Below, piece by piece: positions 62,777-64,000 of a stretch of DNA of 64,000 nucleotides. The stretch's first letter is position 1, and each line of letters opens with the position of its first letter. Source of the stretch: Dimorphilus gyrociliatus (taxonomy: Eukaryota > Animalia > Annelida); assembly GCA_904063045.1 (NCBI GenBank), contig CAJFCJ010000005.1:2247988-2311987 (forward strand), read 5' to 3'. Under the pieces are notes generated by a model. The model made no database searches and was not told the DNA's origin. It worked only from the letters and a program-made list of their open reading frames with translations. A program made the position numbers and the translations under genes.

Positions 62777-63442
62777 ATGGCGATTGTGCCAAAAAATTGC
62801 ATCTTATATGTTGGAAAAAATAGTGAAAAATTACCATCGAAATATTTACAAAAGAGCCTGAACATCGTTAAATTGGACATAAGTAATAACGCTTTTAAAG
62901 ATTTGTCATTCCTTTTTGCATTTACCAATTTACAAGAGCTTGTAGCTGATAATAATAGACTCAGAATTCCTCTAAAAATACCTCGACTGGACAGTTTAAG
63001 GACCATATGTTTGAACAAGAATAATTTGGATGATTTGAACGCGTTTTTGGACGAAATAGCCGACAAACTATCTGGCCTAACCTATTTAAGTCTACTCGGC
63101 AATCCCATATGTCCAACCCTACAGAGAGAGAGTGAAGATGACGACATTTTACGTTATCGGTGCTATGTATTGTATAAGCTGCCAAGCTTGAAATTCCTAG
63201 ACTCCTCACCTGTTAAAATAACTGAACTCCAGAGAAGTCATACTCATGGGGAATTCTATAGAATAGCGAGACCTGTAATTGTACAGGTGAAAGATTCAGA
63301 AGAGGAACTCTTAAAATCAAAATTGACACCTTTACCCATGTTAAAGACATCCGAAAAGAAAACGTCGTTTGGAAAGTGTAAATATATGTATAAAGGAAAG
63401 CATTCCGAAGGAAATAGATTTATCAGAAATGCCGACTTGTGA
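62777..63442 (+). CDS. LRMDA: Leucine-rich melanocyte differentiation-associated protein (C10orf11), intronless
   Basis: LRRs plus LTYLSLLGNPICP, YRCYVLYKLPSLKFLDS and C-terminal GKCKYMYKGKHSEGNRFIR. Confidence 0.92.
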   Translation: MAIVPKNCILYVGKNSEKLPSKYLQKSLNIVKLDISNNAFKDLSFLFAFTNLQELVADNNRLRIPLKIPRLDSLRTICLNKNNLDDLNAFLDEIADKLSGLTYLSLLGNPICPTLQRESEDDDILRYRCYVLYKLPSLKFLDSSPVKITELQRSHTHGEFYRIARPVIVQVKDSEEELLKSKLTPLPMLKTSEKKTSFGKCKYMYKGKHSEGNRFIRNADL

Positions 63443-63587
63443 CCTAGGTTCTCTTTAATAAAGTTTAAAAACATTTTTTTATTATCTGGCTAATAATTTG
63501 GCCTATTGGAGATGTGAAATTTTCAGTTGTTAGTAACTCTCCATCAAACAATTTAAATGTCATAAAAATATCATGTAACAATAATTC

Positions 63588-64000
63588 TTAATTCATAATG
63601 GACAATAAATCTTCGTCAGGATCGACATAAATTGAGAAACCGTCATCGTCAACTTCATCACCTAATCTATAAATGTGTATCATATCGGTATTTTGTCTAT
63701 CTGGAATTCTGCAATCGTGCTCATGATTAGCGTAGGTTATTCTCTCGAACCACGGATGTTTTAACGCTTTTGATATTTTCCATCTTTTAAGAGGGTCCCT
63801 TTTCATCATATTTCTAATTAAACACTTCGCCCTAGAGGAGACTGTATCAGGTATGTCGAACACTCCTTTTTTAATTGCGGTGAAGACTTGGATGGGATTT
63901 TGACCATTAAATGGATACCTTCCTAAAATAATAGTATACATCATAACACCGCAAGACCATATATCAGCCGCTTGTCCATGAAAAGGTTTACCAACTTCCA
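63588..64000 (-). CDS. TRIB: 3' part of a tribbles-like (pseudo)kinase; continues beyond the window
   Basis: AADIWSCGVMMYTIILGRYPF...SRAKCLIRNMMKRDP...LKHPWF, then a DCRIPD tail. Only the C-lobe is visible. Confidence 0.72.
   Translation of the reverse strand, partial: EVGKPFHGQAADIWSCGVMMYTIILGRYPFNGQNPIQVFTAIKKGVFDIPDTVSSRAKCLIRNMMKRDPLKRWKISKALKHPWFERITYANHEHDCRIPDRQNTDMIHIYRLGDEVDDDGFSIYVDPDEDLLSIMN

Noticed and set aside
1-64000. tRNA, rRNA, snRNA genes, CRISPR arrays, transposase/RT ORFs, LTRs, telomeric repeats, operon-like trans-splicing
   Set aside because: I saw no A/B-box cloverleaf, rRNA core, regularly spaced repeat-spacer array or mobile-element domain by eye; closely spaced genes have their own promoter-like motifs. 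tRNAscan-SE, Infernal and RepeatModeler would be needed to exclude small or decayed elements.

Overview
AT-rich, very compact eukaryotic window with mostly 55-90 nt GT-AG introns and short intergenic gaps. The gene set is bilaterian/lophotrochozoan-type; the style suggests a miniature-genome annelid such as Dimorphilus gyrociliatus (inference only). I assembled 18 protein-coding genes by hand. Recognisable: LRRC9, Golgi alpha-mannosidase II, a divergent HEXIM, PRA1/ARL6IP5, SNX25, Jupiter, schnurri/HIVEP, a TASK-type K2P channel, NMRAL1, acid ceramidase, CEP162, KLHDC9, LRMDA and the 3' end of a tribbles kinase. Also a single-Ig membrane protein, a degenerate methyltransferase-fold protein and at least three orphan-like genes. 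No tRNA, rRNA, CRISPR or transposase was seen. The best candidate the ORF track misses is a ~245 nt tandem box C/D RNA at 60269-60513. Its first module has a correctly spaced U2 snRNA Gm19 guide (SCARNA9/mgU2-19/30-like), its second module lacks the expected Am30 guide, and it appears to sit in an intron of a non-coding 5'TOP-like host. Other leads: HEXIM with PYNT changed to PCNS, an NmrA protein with a myristoyl/palmitoyl-type N-terminus, stacked uORFs on the TASK mRNA, kappaB sites around the kappaB-binding schnurri gene, a GC-AG intron in ASAH1, and CTCF-like motifs at promoters. All family calls come from recalled motifs, not database searches.
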